In this document: positions 40,804-54,215 of the stretch, piece after piece | Layout: every line of letters starts with the position of its first letter | Position numbering within the stretch: position 1 is the stretch's first letter | DNA from: Ophelia neglecta | Taxonomy: Eukaryota | Length of the DNA: 64,000 nucleotides | Assembly (NCBI GenBank): GCA_965285935.1 | Contig: OZ260663.1 | Coordinates: forward strand, 71,052,001-71,116,000 | Direction of reading: 5' to 3' | Made by a program: the position numbers and the translations under genes | The notes under the pieces: generated by a model | Databases searched by the model: none | Seen by the model: only the letters and a program-made list of their open reading frames with translations | Told to the model about the DNA's origin: nothing

Positions 40804-43800
40804 ATGAAAGCAGCACCTAGTCTAAGAGATAGCCTCAAAGAAGAGTGTGAGAGGAGAGGTATGAAAAGTCACTACCAATACCATATCTATTTTGAATTGT
40901 AAAATTGCTGAAATTATATCAAAGTCAAGGTTGGGCGTGAATGTACATCGTAAGATTCTTGATATTTTGAAATTCTTTGGTACCCATAAAAAAATGGAAT
41001 AGGTATGTGAAATTATTCAACAGTTAAGTAATTGCTTCCTGTAACACAAAAGCTTTTTATCCTGGTAATTTATAATTTCTGTTGTCGCCAGAACGAGAAA
41101 GGGAAAGAGACAGAGAGAGAATGTCTCGTGGCAGAGAGCGAGATCGGGACCGACGTGAAAGGGATCGTTCCATGGATAGGGATAGGGATCGTTCCATGGA
41201 CCGTGACCGTAGACTTCCTCGTCACTATACTGCAGCTTCAGAAGATGCCAAATTATTATCCAGTCGTGTGTTCATTGGCAATCTGCCAACAGAAAATATG
41301 CAAGGAAACACTGAGCTTGAAGAAATGTTCCACAAATATGGAAGGATATTAGGTAAAATTTGAATTATTGCAAACTTTTGAATTAGCAGCAGTGTCAGTT
41401 TTAACACGTAAACACTATCCTTTTTAAGTTTTTAGTCTTAAGTAAAACAGAATGATTTTATATGACACATTGGAAGGTACTGATAAAAAATTCCTCAGGG
41501 CAATTTCTGGTTAGTTGGAGATTTGGGGAATAGAGTTTGTTGGAACAAGGCGAACATTTTGGATCTTCATTCACTCTGAAAAGCTGTGACAAACTGGCGA
41601 TTGTAATTAGACTAGAAACTGTTTTTTAATCTCATTGCATTTTTAGCTCTTGAAAGCTCTGCCTGAATAGAATATAAAGACTTTCATAAGACTCAGACAT
41701 TTTAATTATGACCACAGAAATAATAATGTAACATAATCAATAATAAAGCATTACAGAGCACAACATAAGAAACAAAACAATTAATATTATATGTAGATGG
41801 TCAGGGAGACCACTCCAAGATCTTAGAAATCGCTATCAAGTAGCCACCCATTACATAATACACAAACATTATTCCATGTCATAGGAGAAAATTTACATGT
41901 ATAACTATAAAGAAATTAATTTCTCCACTCAAAGCATTTTAACAATCGGGAAATATTGAGATAAAGAAACAAGATAGCAGAACATGTACAAAAAAGTGTA
42001 AATCAAATAGAATTTGCGAAGCCAGAAAACATACAACCAGTACGCGACAGGAGGAAGGCCAAAAGAGAGAGAGCAAAAACAACACCTTATACATGTGTAA
42101 ATGTAGGACCGATATTTTGAAAAAAGAAAAAAAAATGCTGATTATCTCTGTTGACAAACAAAGCAACCGACAACCGAGCAATTCACTTTGTAAGAGTCCA
42201 GATAATACCATTTAATATAATTGGAAAAAGCTTTCCATGCTATGAATCAATGAATATCAACCTTACTCTTTATAATCAAGGGAGTATCATTTAGAATGCG
42301 GGTTACATTATGCCGAATGCATCGCTCTGCAAACTGATGATTTACTCTGTGTACCTGAAGTTTGTCTTTATTTCGGGTGTTGAAGGAGTGGATGTCACTC
42401 CTCAGAAAAATCTTAACGTTAGACTTCCGGAAGGCCTTCATTTTTGAATTTGTAATAAAATTTAAGAACTTGCGACTGATGTATATCTTCAACCTTGAGT
42501 AACTTAAGCTCCTTAAATAAAGGGTCAGTGTGTTCATAGCAATTGCTTTTCGTTACAATGCGTATTACTTTCTTTTGTAATTTTTTATTTCAATCGGTTT
42601 TATAACCACAAGCCAAAGTGCAGTAATTCAAATAAGGTAAAATGAGAGTGGAATAAAGTGTTTTCAAAACATTTGGAGGGACAATGGTTTTAATCCTATT
42701 AATTATTCCAATGATTGGGATATTTTTTTGCTTATTTTGTTTATATGAGCCTGCCAATTGAGATGTTTATCCAATGTAAGACTGAGAAAGTTAAATTCAT
42801 TAACATGTTCAATGTCAATGCCATCAATTTTTATGGAAGGTATTACTACCTTTTTTAATATGAGCTTAACTTCACAATAATCCACTTCAGTTGTCCTTTA
42901 TAAAAAATCAGTATATTTTTGAAATGGTAGCTAAAGCATACAAAACAAAGTATCTGTTGAACTTTTTATCTGACTGTTCTTTATCAACACTGAGCTAAAT
43001 TTCACATTATATTTTTGCAGGCGTAAACATGCTGAAAGGGTATGGCTTTGTTCAATTTGATAGAGAGGAAGAAGCGAGGGTCGCAGTCGAAACTGAAAAC
43101 GGAAGTTTATACAAAGGGTACAGATTAGGTAAGATGCAAGCTGGTGCCAAGATTTTATTCTCATCAAATTAATTTGTCAAATTCATGGATATGCCCTGGA
43201 GTGTATTGTTGTACTTGTCACTTAATTTGCCTGAAATAACAGAGATGAAATGAATTCTTTGTATTGTTATTTATTTCATATAAGAATGTAGGTAGAAAAT
43301 GGAATTGTTTCTAAACTTCATTCTATTAAGTTGAGCATGACTTCCTCTCCTGGGACTCAATTTATGACCAGTTTCATGTGGGTTTTTTCCCCAAGTTCTT
43401 GGCATTCACCTCTAAGTGGACTAGAGTCATTTTAAAAACACTCTTGTCAAACAGCACATCCCTGATTCACAGCCCTGTTTCATATGGGGTAATCATCTAG
43501 GTGTTTTTTCGTGCTGCCACAGGACTTGAGATCATCCTGTCTGCAGCTATCTGCTCATGGACATGAGTGCAGCAATGAATAAATGTGCCTTCAGCTCTCT
43601 AACTCCTTGCTAAATGATCTCAGCTGCCAGTATGCCAGTATATTTACAATATTGTTTGATTTATCTAGAAATAGGCTTGCATTATGAAGATAACTTTTTT
43701 GTCATGCTATAAACCCTTATTTTACAGGGTCATCAATTTTTCTATGTAAAATTTACTAGGCATGTTCAACCATGAAGAACCTTTTTTGATGTTTATTACT

Positions 43801-46800
43801 TCACATTTTGAAGAAAAGTTTGAATAACAAGCAAACACTATGTGGACAATATCTTGATGAATAGGTAACCTTGAAGGGTTTAAATGTTATGCAATGTAAG
43901 GGTTTTGCAGTCACCTTATTATGTAAACAGATGTCAAGATGGCTGCAGAGGGCAGGAACAAGCCCAGGGGTGGTCCTAGACGTCCCAGTCCCCCTCCTAG
44001 GAATTCCTTTACTCGGGAGCGATCACCTATCAGAGACCGAGGCAGCCCAATGGATGACCCCTACCGGCGTCCGTCTGCTGGGCGGGAGCCCCCTCCACCA
44101 CGAGACCCCTACATGGACAGAGACCCTTACAGGTGACCTCATCTTACAACCTCATTTATATTCTGCTAACAATTTTGCCAGTCAGGTATCCATTACTGTT
44201 ACGCTATATAAATGTATATACATGTACATTAACATTAAACAATTCGTTCCTGCAAAAACTGTCCGTATATTGCAGTTGTCCGTCGGTCAGAGGGTCCGTA
44301 CACCGCAGGATCTACTGTATCCTTATATAATAGGAGTACAGAAAGCTCCAGTTTTCCATTGCGTAACTAACATTAGTAGTATCTGATTACAGGCGAGATC
44401 CGTATGTGACCCCTCCAATTGATCCATACAGGGATCCTTTTCCACCACCGCCACAGTTTGATGCCATGCTCATAGTGGCTGATAACAAAATAAGGTAAGT
44501 TACTATTTCATCAAAAATTAATTATCAGCTCCCATTATCAGGAAAGCATAGATTTGGTTTTTATGTTTATTGCCTTTGATTTAATGAAATTAGCATTTAA
44601 AGAAATATTTTTGGTACAGAGGTTACGGTGAAATCTTAGAGCGTCGACTTACAGGAATAAAAGGAATGCTAGTGGATGTCAATCTTCTAAGAGACCCTAT
44701 GCACCTTCCAAAAGTAAGTGCTCTTTGATCCATTCCATTCCCTGATTAAATATCTAGCACATAACTTGAACTAAACTAACTAGTTTCTTGGCACATAGTG
44801 GAATCATTGCAGGATTATCATGGCCTAAGCATTTCACTCTTGAATTCAACGTGCATGCCTGTTTAACAGCCTTGGCAACACCTACCTCTCAGTCCTATAG
44901 AGCAGGCTCTGGGCTTGTCTCAAAGGAAGTTGAATGCAGCAAGCAAAATGGATTATTTCAAAAAAACTGATTTTCGCTCCTTGAATTAACAACTTTTATG
45001 AAAGCAATACTGGTTGCTCACTTTCATATTATTTCTGTAATCTATTATTGTGACTATCTGCTGCGTGTCGAGGACAAGCCTGGAGCTGGTGCTTGTGACT
45101 AATAGGTGAGCCTGACCAAATATGAGACACAGGCACAAGGGTTGAACAATAACATGCTTGAACTACTTGGTAAAGCAAACATACAATGGAGAAAGCTATG
45201 CTGGGGTACTGACTTGATTGTCTGCTGTGAATGTTTTGACCATATTGTCTGAATTGTTTTGAAAGGCTTTGGAGGAGGCTAACATAAGGAAGATGATGTA
45301 TGCTATTGTTGTAAATGAGCAAAATGAACTTCACAGATCCATCACCCTCAACGTTCTCCATGGCACGCCACAAGGTAGGTCTTGGTTTAGGGGGGGATAT
45401 TCAAATTGTGTCAATAGGGATCTGTTCGATTATAGTTTTACACTGTATGACTTGTGAGGCATTTATTGTCAAACAATTTGACACATAGCCTACAGAGAAA
45501 TACAATCATGACAATGATCAACATATTTCTTTCCACTCATCTACTAAATTGTTGTGTTAAGGTGACTGATAAATAGAAGTAGAATTTCAAATAAAACCTT
45601 TGTTGGAAGTTTCCTTTAAGGCTTTCAAGGTTTTATGAAAGATTAAGCAGCTTCACAGAAAAGTTGCAAAAAAAGTGTTTCAAAGAATTAAAAAAATCTA
45701 TTGTTGTTAGATATTTAATATATTTATCAGTCTTCAAAAGTGTCTCCTAGTCTTTTCTGAAAGTTGGTTTGGTACCATATTCAGTCAGCATCCGGTCGTA
45801 AAAAGGACAAATGTTACTTCAAGAAATTTTATGATAATTTATAAGACAAATATTTTAGTGGTCACATGTTGTGTGCTGCAATTTGTTACCCTAAACTTCC
45901 CAGCTCGTCGCGAACTTTATTTTAAAAATGGACACTCATCTTCACTCATCAAACTGAGGATATTAAAATGTTTGAATTTGTCTGGGTTAAGCAATTTGGT
46001 GGACGGACCATCATGGCAAACATTTTTAAAAAATTGCAATTTCTCGGAACTGCAAGGAACGATACTCCCAGCGTTACACTAAAACTGCGTCCTAATAGTC
46101 GCGTAAGTTGGCGATATTTTAAAGCTGATTCTTATGGAAGCAAAGGGGATTTTCTGGATTGATTAAAGCTTAATACCTTATTTTAGTAAAAGCGTTTCTC
46201 CATAAGGAATAGCAAGCGTTAAACCAAGCAAATGATTTTTCAGAATTTTCCTTCCGGTAATTTTTCAAATGAATATGCCGTCAATTGAAATCCTCCGTAT
46301 GGATAGCTTCACAATTGGGAAATGATTTATTTTCATCTTTTATATGGATCCCAACGATGATCTCGGGTTTCTGTGAGCATATGGTGACCTGCTTTGCGTA
46401 AATTATTTTCCGCACATTCACTGATATCTGTTTGCCGAAGGATAAACATGTGCAAAGGTTTGTGGAAAGCCACCATCGTAATTTCGCGACAGTGGGCAAG
46501 CATCATACATTTAGGACAACGTTTTTTCATCAGGATTATAGCTTACTATTGCAAAGGGTTCCTCTGCGGTGGTAGCATTTACGTGTTCGCGAATGACATT
46601 AATTTCCGATTTTTTATTTCGCTGTACCATAGGATAATATACACATTGTTTTAAGGACAACCTTGGTCAAGATAATCGTGTAGTTTATTTCCGTCCCCGA
46701 TTTTGATCTGGTTGAACTATTTGATGGAACCATGTGATAGTAAATTGATTGTTGTAATATAGAAACGTAACAATGTGTTGACTCCAACTATTCTCCAAGT

Positions 46801-48692
46801 TGCGCGCTTAGGAGCTTTTCGTACTGACTACAGTCCAATACAGTCATACTTGGTATGATTCATACTGGAAGCCTGTTAAAAGAAATTTGTAAATTACTGC
46901 AAACTCTTAATGGGGAATCTTTTTTGACTATTCCATGTGCATGGTTTTGTATGATAATTTGCTCAAATTCAATCAGGAGATGCATTTACATTTGATTATG
47001 AGATTTTTTCCACATGTGACTTTGTTCCATCAAAATATGCTATGATTGGGCAGAAGATTGCTTGTATTATATCATCGTGAGACCTTGCATATATTTTTAC
47101 TGAGATAAATATAAGATTTATCTGTCTGTCTGAACTGTGGAATGGATTTTTAGAACCCTTAATACTCACACTGCAATCTTAGGACTTGTCCGCTTAAATG
47201 ATTAAAGAGCCCTTGAGTTCATTTGGACGAAGTATCAAGTCATTTTGTCCCTCATTTTGTGCCATGCTTGCCTGATGTGCATGTGCATTATTGTGTAGTA
47301 TCACAATATGCTGCATGCTGTAACCTCATCTTTGGAAGGCAATCTGTCAATCACATGGTTACAAAACACACCGGAGAAAGGGGCAATTGTAAACATATGC
47401 CAAGGGCAACTAGATCATGGCCATCAGATTCAAGAGCCAAAGAAAACAAGCATTGCAGATAGTGTGTTGAGGGTTCTAACAAGGCCAGATGGACAAACGT
47501 GTACCATCATCACTCAGTTTTCCTCTTATTCACCAATGTTCTACATTACTTGTGAAATATCTTTCAGGTGATAATATCAGTCTCATTTACTTTCAGAGAT
47601 ATCATCATGAAATTAATAATAAAGCTCTCAATTTAACTCTTCCCAACTTGTTCTTCCCCTAACAGAGCACAGAAACATGCCTCTAGAGGATGCTATGGCA
47701 TTTGTTTCGCGGAACTTCACTGAATATTTAAAGGAGAAGGAATCCAAAGCAGCTGCACTTGCAGCCCCTACGACCATCAAGCCTCCGGCTGGTGTGACCC
47801 CCGAGTTCACACCACCAAACAAACAGACAAGCTATCTCCTTAACCTGATGGCTGATAATCGTTTCCTCACCATGGATGAGCTGGACACTGTCATTGATTA
47901 TCTCATGAGTCGCCGTAATAGATTAGCTGAGCAAACTGGCGCAGCTCCCAGAAAATCAGGTACGTTGAAATTATTGTCAGGGTCACCGGCTAGAAGTGGG
48001 ATTATTTGACTAAATGGGGGAGGTGTCAATATATGTGTGTCTAATTTGTGTTTCTTTTTTCAGAAAAGGGTGTTGTGTCTGGTGTGCTAAAGGATGAACA
48101 GGCAATTGCCCAGCAACAGCAGCAACTCCAACAGAAGATTCTCAACATCTTGAATGGCGGTGACAACAACCCATCAACACCACAGTCACAGACAGCTGGG
48201 TTAGCCTACGGAGTGTCTCCACCCTCAACCTCCAATGTGAACATGCCGGCATCTGCAGTGCCTCCAACCTCCATCAATTTTGACAACCCACAAGTACAAA
48301 AAGCGCTGGATAATTTAATCTCTGGAGGAAGTAGTCTGTTGCAGAACATAGCTGCAGTTAAGAATACGAGTTCACCTGGGGGAGCTCAGCAGCCTAATTA
48401 TGGCCAGGGCCAAGGTCAAGTTCAGGGCTTGGGTCAGGGCCAGGGTCAAGGAGGCGCTTATGGAGGCGACTTTGGGAGAGTGTACAGTTCTCAGGCCCCT
48501 ACTGGGAGTGGGGCCCAGACACAGCTCCAGAGTCATGACCCATACGCTGCCCAGAGACCTGGGGAGCAGTTTAGACAGGACCCGTATGGCCAAGAGGGAG
48601 GTGGGGGTGGCGGTGGATTCAATGCCTATGGAGGACAAGGTGAACCAGGCAGGGGACCTCCACAACAGGGACAATATGGAGGAAGATACTAA
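40804..48692 (+). CDS. NCOA5: Nuclear receptor coactivator 5-like (NCOA5/Neosin) with an N-terminal RRM (617 aa, 9 coding exons)
   Basis: Exons 40804-40858, 41092-41352, 43021-43128, 43931-44132, 44393-44494, 44620-44713, 45266-45374, 47666-47959 and 48064-48692, with consistent phases. Contains RD/RE repeats, an RRM (RVFIGNL...KGYGFVQF), RDPY repeats, the NCOA5 signature HRSITLNVLHGTPQEHRNMPLEDAM, LQQKILNILN, INFDNPQVQKALDNLI, and a G/Q/Y-rich tail. The start codon is less certain than the rest. Confidence 0.92.
41700..42885 (-). mobile_element. 5'-truncated, decayed LINE (CR1/L2-group ORF2 C-terminus plus 3' UTR), antisense in an NCOA5 intron
   Basis: IEHVNEFNFLSLTLDKHLNWQAHINKISKKI / LKTLYSTLILPYLNYC / LQKKVIRIV / HTDPLFKELKLLKV / HSFNTRN, typical of the post-RT region of CR1/L2-type LINEs. 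Broken by frameshifts and stops. The 3' boundary is approximate. Confidence 0.85.
45616..46879. mobile_element. Possible non-autonomous TTAA-flanked DNA transposon (Kolobok/piggyBac-like) in an NCOA5 intron
   Basis: CpG-rich block unlike the surrounding intron, bounded by TTAAGGCTTTCAAG and CTGGAAGCCTGTTAA (weak inverted similarity). Confidence 0.4.
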
Positions 48693-51600
48693 TCTTAATC
48701 GTTTGTGGCATTCACACATGGACTGTAGACAGAAATCTATACATGTATTTGTTTAAAAGTAAAAGTTAAATGTATGTATTCCTGTTATTCTTAGCTAATG
48801 CTAAAAAGTCATGTTCTCTAGTTTTTAGCTGAGGTATTGGTTAAAACAGTATATGAGAGTTTGAATTAGTCGTACTGATACTGACAATATGTATAGCACA
48901 CTTCTATCATGTATAGGTTTTATTTTCATATTTATGTAGAATTTTTGTCAATGTCAGTAAATGTTTTTAGGAGAATGGAAAGAACAGAATCAGCGCCTAC
49001 CTACAAATAATGGAAGTACTCTCCATCAAAGATCCTGACTCTAATGTCTGAGTAGCAGAAAACTGAAGCAGGATATTTTATATTTTATGTGCTCTTTTGA
49101 TACAATTCTGTAATTTCTGCATTATAGAATGCTAAAACAAACTTTGAGCTCCAGCCTTACATGTAAAACTGTCATTTAGTTAATAAAATTTCAAATGTTG
49201 ATTAATGAGAATTCAGTCTCTCCTCAAGAATGTTTCAGTGGAAGAATGGTAGATGGTCTGTGGTAAGACCCTTGCCTACTGGTCATTTAAAATGTGGTTT
49301 TCTGTTAACGATAAAACACCAGCCAAAACACACACAAAAAGCGGTGAAAGCAATGTCTAAGAATTGAATTCACGATCGCCTATTTTTAATGATTGACAGG
49401 AATCAAATTTGCGATGAAACCGTATTTTACCAATAGGTTTGGCCTGTTTTTTGTCATTGTCCTCGTATTACTTTCCTTTTCCCTTCTATTCGGAATAGAC
49501 ATGCTGACATCTGTGACTTCATGTGGAACCCAAGAAAAAAATTCCTTTTTCCTTTATGGAATACAGGAAAGAGAGCGAGGATGGGAAGAAGGGGGGGGGG
49601 GGGCATATAGCTTATTCCAAGGCAAGGATCACTTTTCTGTTTACAGAGAATTAAACCTAAAATGCTGAGTGACTGTGCTTTTTGTGAAACAAATAATCTT
49701 GTCTCTTAAGGAACAATTGGAATTAGATTTACTCTGTGTCATTGGTTTTCACCAGGAATGATATCTTGTCATGGGTGAAAAACTATTTTTCTGAATTATG
49801 ACTAGTTGACATTTAATGAAACTGGAATCCTGAAAGGTCTAGTCTTGAAATAACTCGGTTGTTAATTCATAACCCATTGCAGAATTGAATTTGGAACCTA
49901 CAATGGGGCGAGTTATTATCTAAGGGAACTACATGCAATTACGCAAGCTAGGGATATAAAACATAATCTTTTTTCTTGAATTTTAATTGGTAACATTTTG
50001 TAAACTAGTTTTGTACACTATACATTAAAACCAGAGCGTGGATGCCCAACAGAAAAACAAAAATGTGTTAATCTGAGGAACTATTATATCTGTCCGAATT
50101 AATTAGGAACATTCACACGGGTTGATCCATTACTCTAGTGCTCTGCTTTTGCTTCTTTTCGTTCGTTCATGAATAATCATGATATCATTATGACATAGAG
50201 CTCCAGCTTCTGACATGAAGTGGAAGTTTCTGACTTCTACAACATTCTTTGATAATTGACACCATCATTATCCTATAAGAAATGTAAAGCAAAGTGTTTT
50301 TATTTGTGAAAATATTTTTCCAATATATACTCCTTAAAGTAAGGGTAAGGGTGAGCTGAATTTGTGGACAACCCTGTAGGGCAGTTCACCGACTATCTCC
50401 ATGACTTTATGCACTTTCAAAAAAACCATAAGTCTCACTGAGGGCAAACCCCAGTTATTCTCTAGACATTGCATTCCAATAGCTCTCAGCAGAGACCTCT
50501 CCAGAGATGCTGAAAGATTTTAAATGGTATGGAAAGAGAGCTCGTGCTTATCTCCCCAAAAAAATAATTGCCTGCTATTAAAATCAGAACATCCACTAAG
50601 GTTATCCTCATTATGTGAAGGTATTTTAGCAGAGAAAATTTTATCATTATATCTAGGGAGTCACTGCCAGTCTTTTCTCTTTGCTCCGTTGAGCTCTCTG
50701 GGTAAATGGAATGGAAACAAATTCTTCAAGAGACCAGCAGAGAGCAATGGAAAGCAAATTGAATAAAACCAGAGTTCTATTTCAAATAGTAATAAAAAAA
50801 TATAGAAAGCATTTTTTGTTGCTCTTGTAATTTAGTATATGTACTGATATTATTGTATCAATAAAATAATTTGTGTTGTGTTCCGTGTCATTTCTGAAAA
50901 ATGTTTGTTTTAATTAAAAAAACTTTAACATATCACACATGGTTAAAATACTGAATAAATATTTTGTGGCAGATAACTAATCTAAATATTAACAGTAACA
51001 ATGTTATTCAACATAAACAGGAGTTCTGGTGATTAAATTTGAGTGGTAGTATTTGGAGGCTGTCCCTTCATCAAAACAGGTTTCCACAAGAAAAAATTTC
51101 TCATCTTTAGAAATTTTTACAATAAATTTATCCATCAAATAAACTCCAAGGAGTGACAACTTAATCCCTGTTCCATTTTCTTTCATGAATTATCTCTTCT
51201 CAATAGCAATGTATTTTCTCTGATAAATACTGGTGGCACATCTCCCCTAAGTAGCCAACGAATCATCTGGTTCCCTAATTTTTCACAGTGGAGAATATTC
51301 TGGTAATAGACTGACATGCCTGCTACAAGAGAAGTTGCCTAGACTGCTTGTTGAATAATTGAACATACATTTCAATAAACTTCTTCAGACAACTAAAATA
51401 TATAAAGAAGTTTTGATTCTATGAAGAAAATAAACACCTTAATAGTGAGGGAAATATTCTACTTTTAATAAGTCTGGGTAAAATAAGCACTTCAATGCTG
51501 GCAGCTGGCACAGCTTGACTGACAGCATATTCTTAGGCCTCCAGTCATCAAGACAAATTAATCTTTTTGTCGATTCTTTGCTCTTGGAAAGTGAGCATCC

Positions 51601-53016
51601 CAGCATGTAACATATAGCATGTAACTGTAGCATTAAGCCTGGGACAAATATAATCTCCCATTTTAACCATTCGTGTGTGCGTGTGTCTGTGTGTGAATAA
51701 TCATGGAAATTGGAATCCTGACCTAAACCTTAAATCTTGCCCAAATTTATAGCTAAAAATTTGTGGCCCTAAAGACATGACTGTACTTCTAGAAAAATGC
51801 ATCCAGCAATATCTAAAAAAGCCTTCTAAAATGCTTTGGAAAACCTTGAAGGTCAATTAAGATTATTTTGTAAAGTAGCCAGATGACTCCATGGCTAAGA
51901 TGTGTTGTTGGTTTGCTTACTGCCCTGGACACTTAGGTATGCATTAGTATGCAAGTTGTCCTCACCACTGTGATGGGTACCAGCAAGCTTGTGTGTTGGG
52001 TCACATTGATCGAGGCGGAACATATGCTGTTGTAAACACTCCTTACACCACAGAAGATTTGGGTATAAGCACCAGCCTTGTGGGGCCTAGAATTTTAGAA
52101 TTGAGCCAGTTTAAACTGAAGCATTTGAATAAAGCTAATTTAAGCCAATTGTATCAATTGTGTTTTCATCACATCAAAGATTGATGACACCTTTACATTT
52201 GCCTTCCATATTGTAGTATTTATTCATTCATCATTCTTTTACCATTATGCACCGTACTGTCACCGTACTTGAAGTGAATGAAGTAAATTTAACCTATACA
52301 ACTTTCTGGTGTTTCACAAAAACCTCAACAAAGCGGTACAAACTTGGGGGGTATAAGGGCTGAAGAGGCTCAATAGAAGGACAGTTACTATCAATTAGGA
52401 AAAACTTAAAATGTAATTTTAGCAAAAGAAGGTCTGTTCTATTGAAATAACTGCATGCAATAAGTTGGCCTTTGTAAGTTATAAATGGAAATTATTCTGA
52501 AATAAATTCAGGAATATGATGTGGCAATAGAATCAAAGCATAGACCTAGTACATTTCAAATTCACATACTGTCAATGCACTACATTTTCCCAAACGTTTC
52601 AGACAAATAATCTCCTGTATATTTTCTAATTCCAGTGGATGATTTCCTTAAGAACGCTATATAGATTTAGAAAATGCCATGCCTGTGAGTCATTATCTAT
52701 CAGAGGTGCCATTGAACAAGGCACAGTTGTATCAGAGGTCGAGAACTATACTGGTAAGTTTAAAGGTTAATGTATGAAATTGAATTGCTCAAGCAAAATT
52801 GACAATATTGTGAATACTGTTACCTAGATATAAAGGACCACTTTCAGTAGTGTGCCAGTAGTTAGTATGTCTTTTTTTTCATACTGCAAATTATTAAAAT
52901 ATAGGGCCATGTTTGGTAGATTTCTTCAGCACTCTTTTAAATTAGTAGGGCTTGAAATGATATGAAATTTAAGTTTCATGTGCGGACACCCTGATACAAT
53001 TGATTGTACAATGAAT

Positions 53017-53188
53017 GCTGTAATCGTAAAAATATTCGAGTGTTTAGGTTCCGTAAAATTAAAACTCAAACATTGTTTTGGCATGTATATATAGCCTCCA
53101 TAACTTTTAACCCATGATTAACGCCCTGCGAAGTTTTTTTGCAAAAATGGGAATTTAGATCTGTGCAAACATTTTAACCATTACAGTA
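53017..53188. mobile_element. Degenerate short MITE (CTGTAAT...ATTACAG termini)
   Basis: CTGTAATCGTAAAAATATT versus ACATTTTAACCATTACAG. Confidence 0.55.
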
Positions 53189-53679
53189 ATGCACATGTGT
53201 AATGAAATTAATGGCAGTATTGTGGATATTGTAAGCACCATTACTCATGATTATTTTAACCAATCATCACACTTTTCTTTATCTTAGCCATTGCTGAAGA
53301 TGACATGCTAGTTCTGTTGACAATGCAGACTGACCCAGATAAGCAACCCAATGTCAGTGGAAGGGCCGTCTGAGTAGCACTAAATAATAGGAAGTACTTT
53401 GATCAGTTAATTGCCTACCCTCACAGACCCTTGTCTACTACCTGATAAGGGTTATAAGTAACACCTGGCAATTGGAGCAGATTACTTATTGGCCCTCAAC
53501 ATGAACAAAGTTTAATATATCTGGCACAAAAGACAAGTTAACATGTCTTGATCCTGGCAACAAATGTTCTGCTGCTACTGACTTAAGAAAACATGCATGA
53601 GATTGTAAAGATAGACTAAAATAAAAATTCATTAAATTGTATTAATAGTGCTGTTGTATATCACTAGATCTACAAGAAT

Positions 53680-54215
53680 TTAATGAAGCCCCCCTTCAAA
53701 GAAGTGGGGCATATTGCTTTGCAATTGTCGGTCTGTCCTTCCATTAGTAGTCCAAACTACCTAGGTTTCTCCAAGATGACGGGTAAATTGGTCATGACCA
53801 TTGGATGAACCCTGTTGATTTTGATGTCAAGTGGTCAAAGGTAAAGGTCGCATAGGGCTTTAACTCAAAATTTTGTCCAATCAAGAATGCTTAGACCTAG
53901 TGTCTTCAATCTTGGTATGTAGGTTGGTCATGACAATTCAATGAACATTAATTTTGACATTTCAAGATCAACCGGTCTAAGGTCAAGGTCAAATTGATCG
54001 TCAAGACAAAAGACTTGTCAGGTCAATGACTAGCGAAATTTTTGGCCTAGTTTGGTAGGTAGAATAACCATCACCAGTAGATAACTCCTTACGATTTAAA
54101 TTCACAAGGTCAAAGCCCCTGCCTGCACTCTTCTTTTTTTTAATACATTTTAATTTGGATTTAGTGACAAAGCAAAAACGGGTGCATCCATGTCTTTATC
54201 GACAATGGCCTTGTT
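53680..54215 (+). mobile_element. Helentron-associated / DINE-1/pearl-like non-autonomous element
   Basis: Starts with a GCCCCC..GGGGC hairpin plus ATATTG and GTCGGTCTGTCC. Three degenerate ~125-135-bp core units contain GGTCATGAC and AAGGTCAAGGTCA. Ends GGGTGCATCCATGTC...GACAATGGCCTTGTT in a T-rich site. This architecture is known from invertebrate HINE/CvA-type elements. Confidence 0.65.

Noticed and set aside
44317-44325. Second U12 donor-like GTATCCTTA in an NCOA5 intron (also ATATCCTTAAC at ~58565)
   Set aside because: No matching branch site or exon context; the flanking exons join correctly by U2-type splicing.
48372-48756. Alternative-frame and antisense ORFs over the NCOA5 last exon (similarly 41032-41407 and 43871-44386)
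   Set aside because: Shadow ORFs of low-complexity, GC-rich coding sequence.
50100-51640. Coding-looking segments between NCOA5 and MYLIP
   Set aside because: Every frame I tried is interrupted within ~60-80 codons and resembles no known protein.
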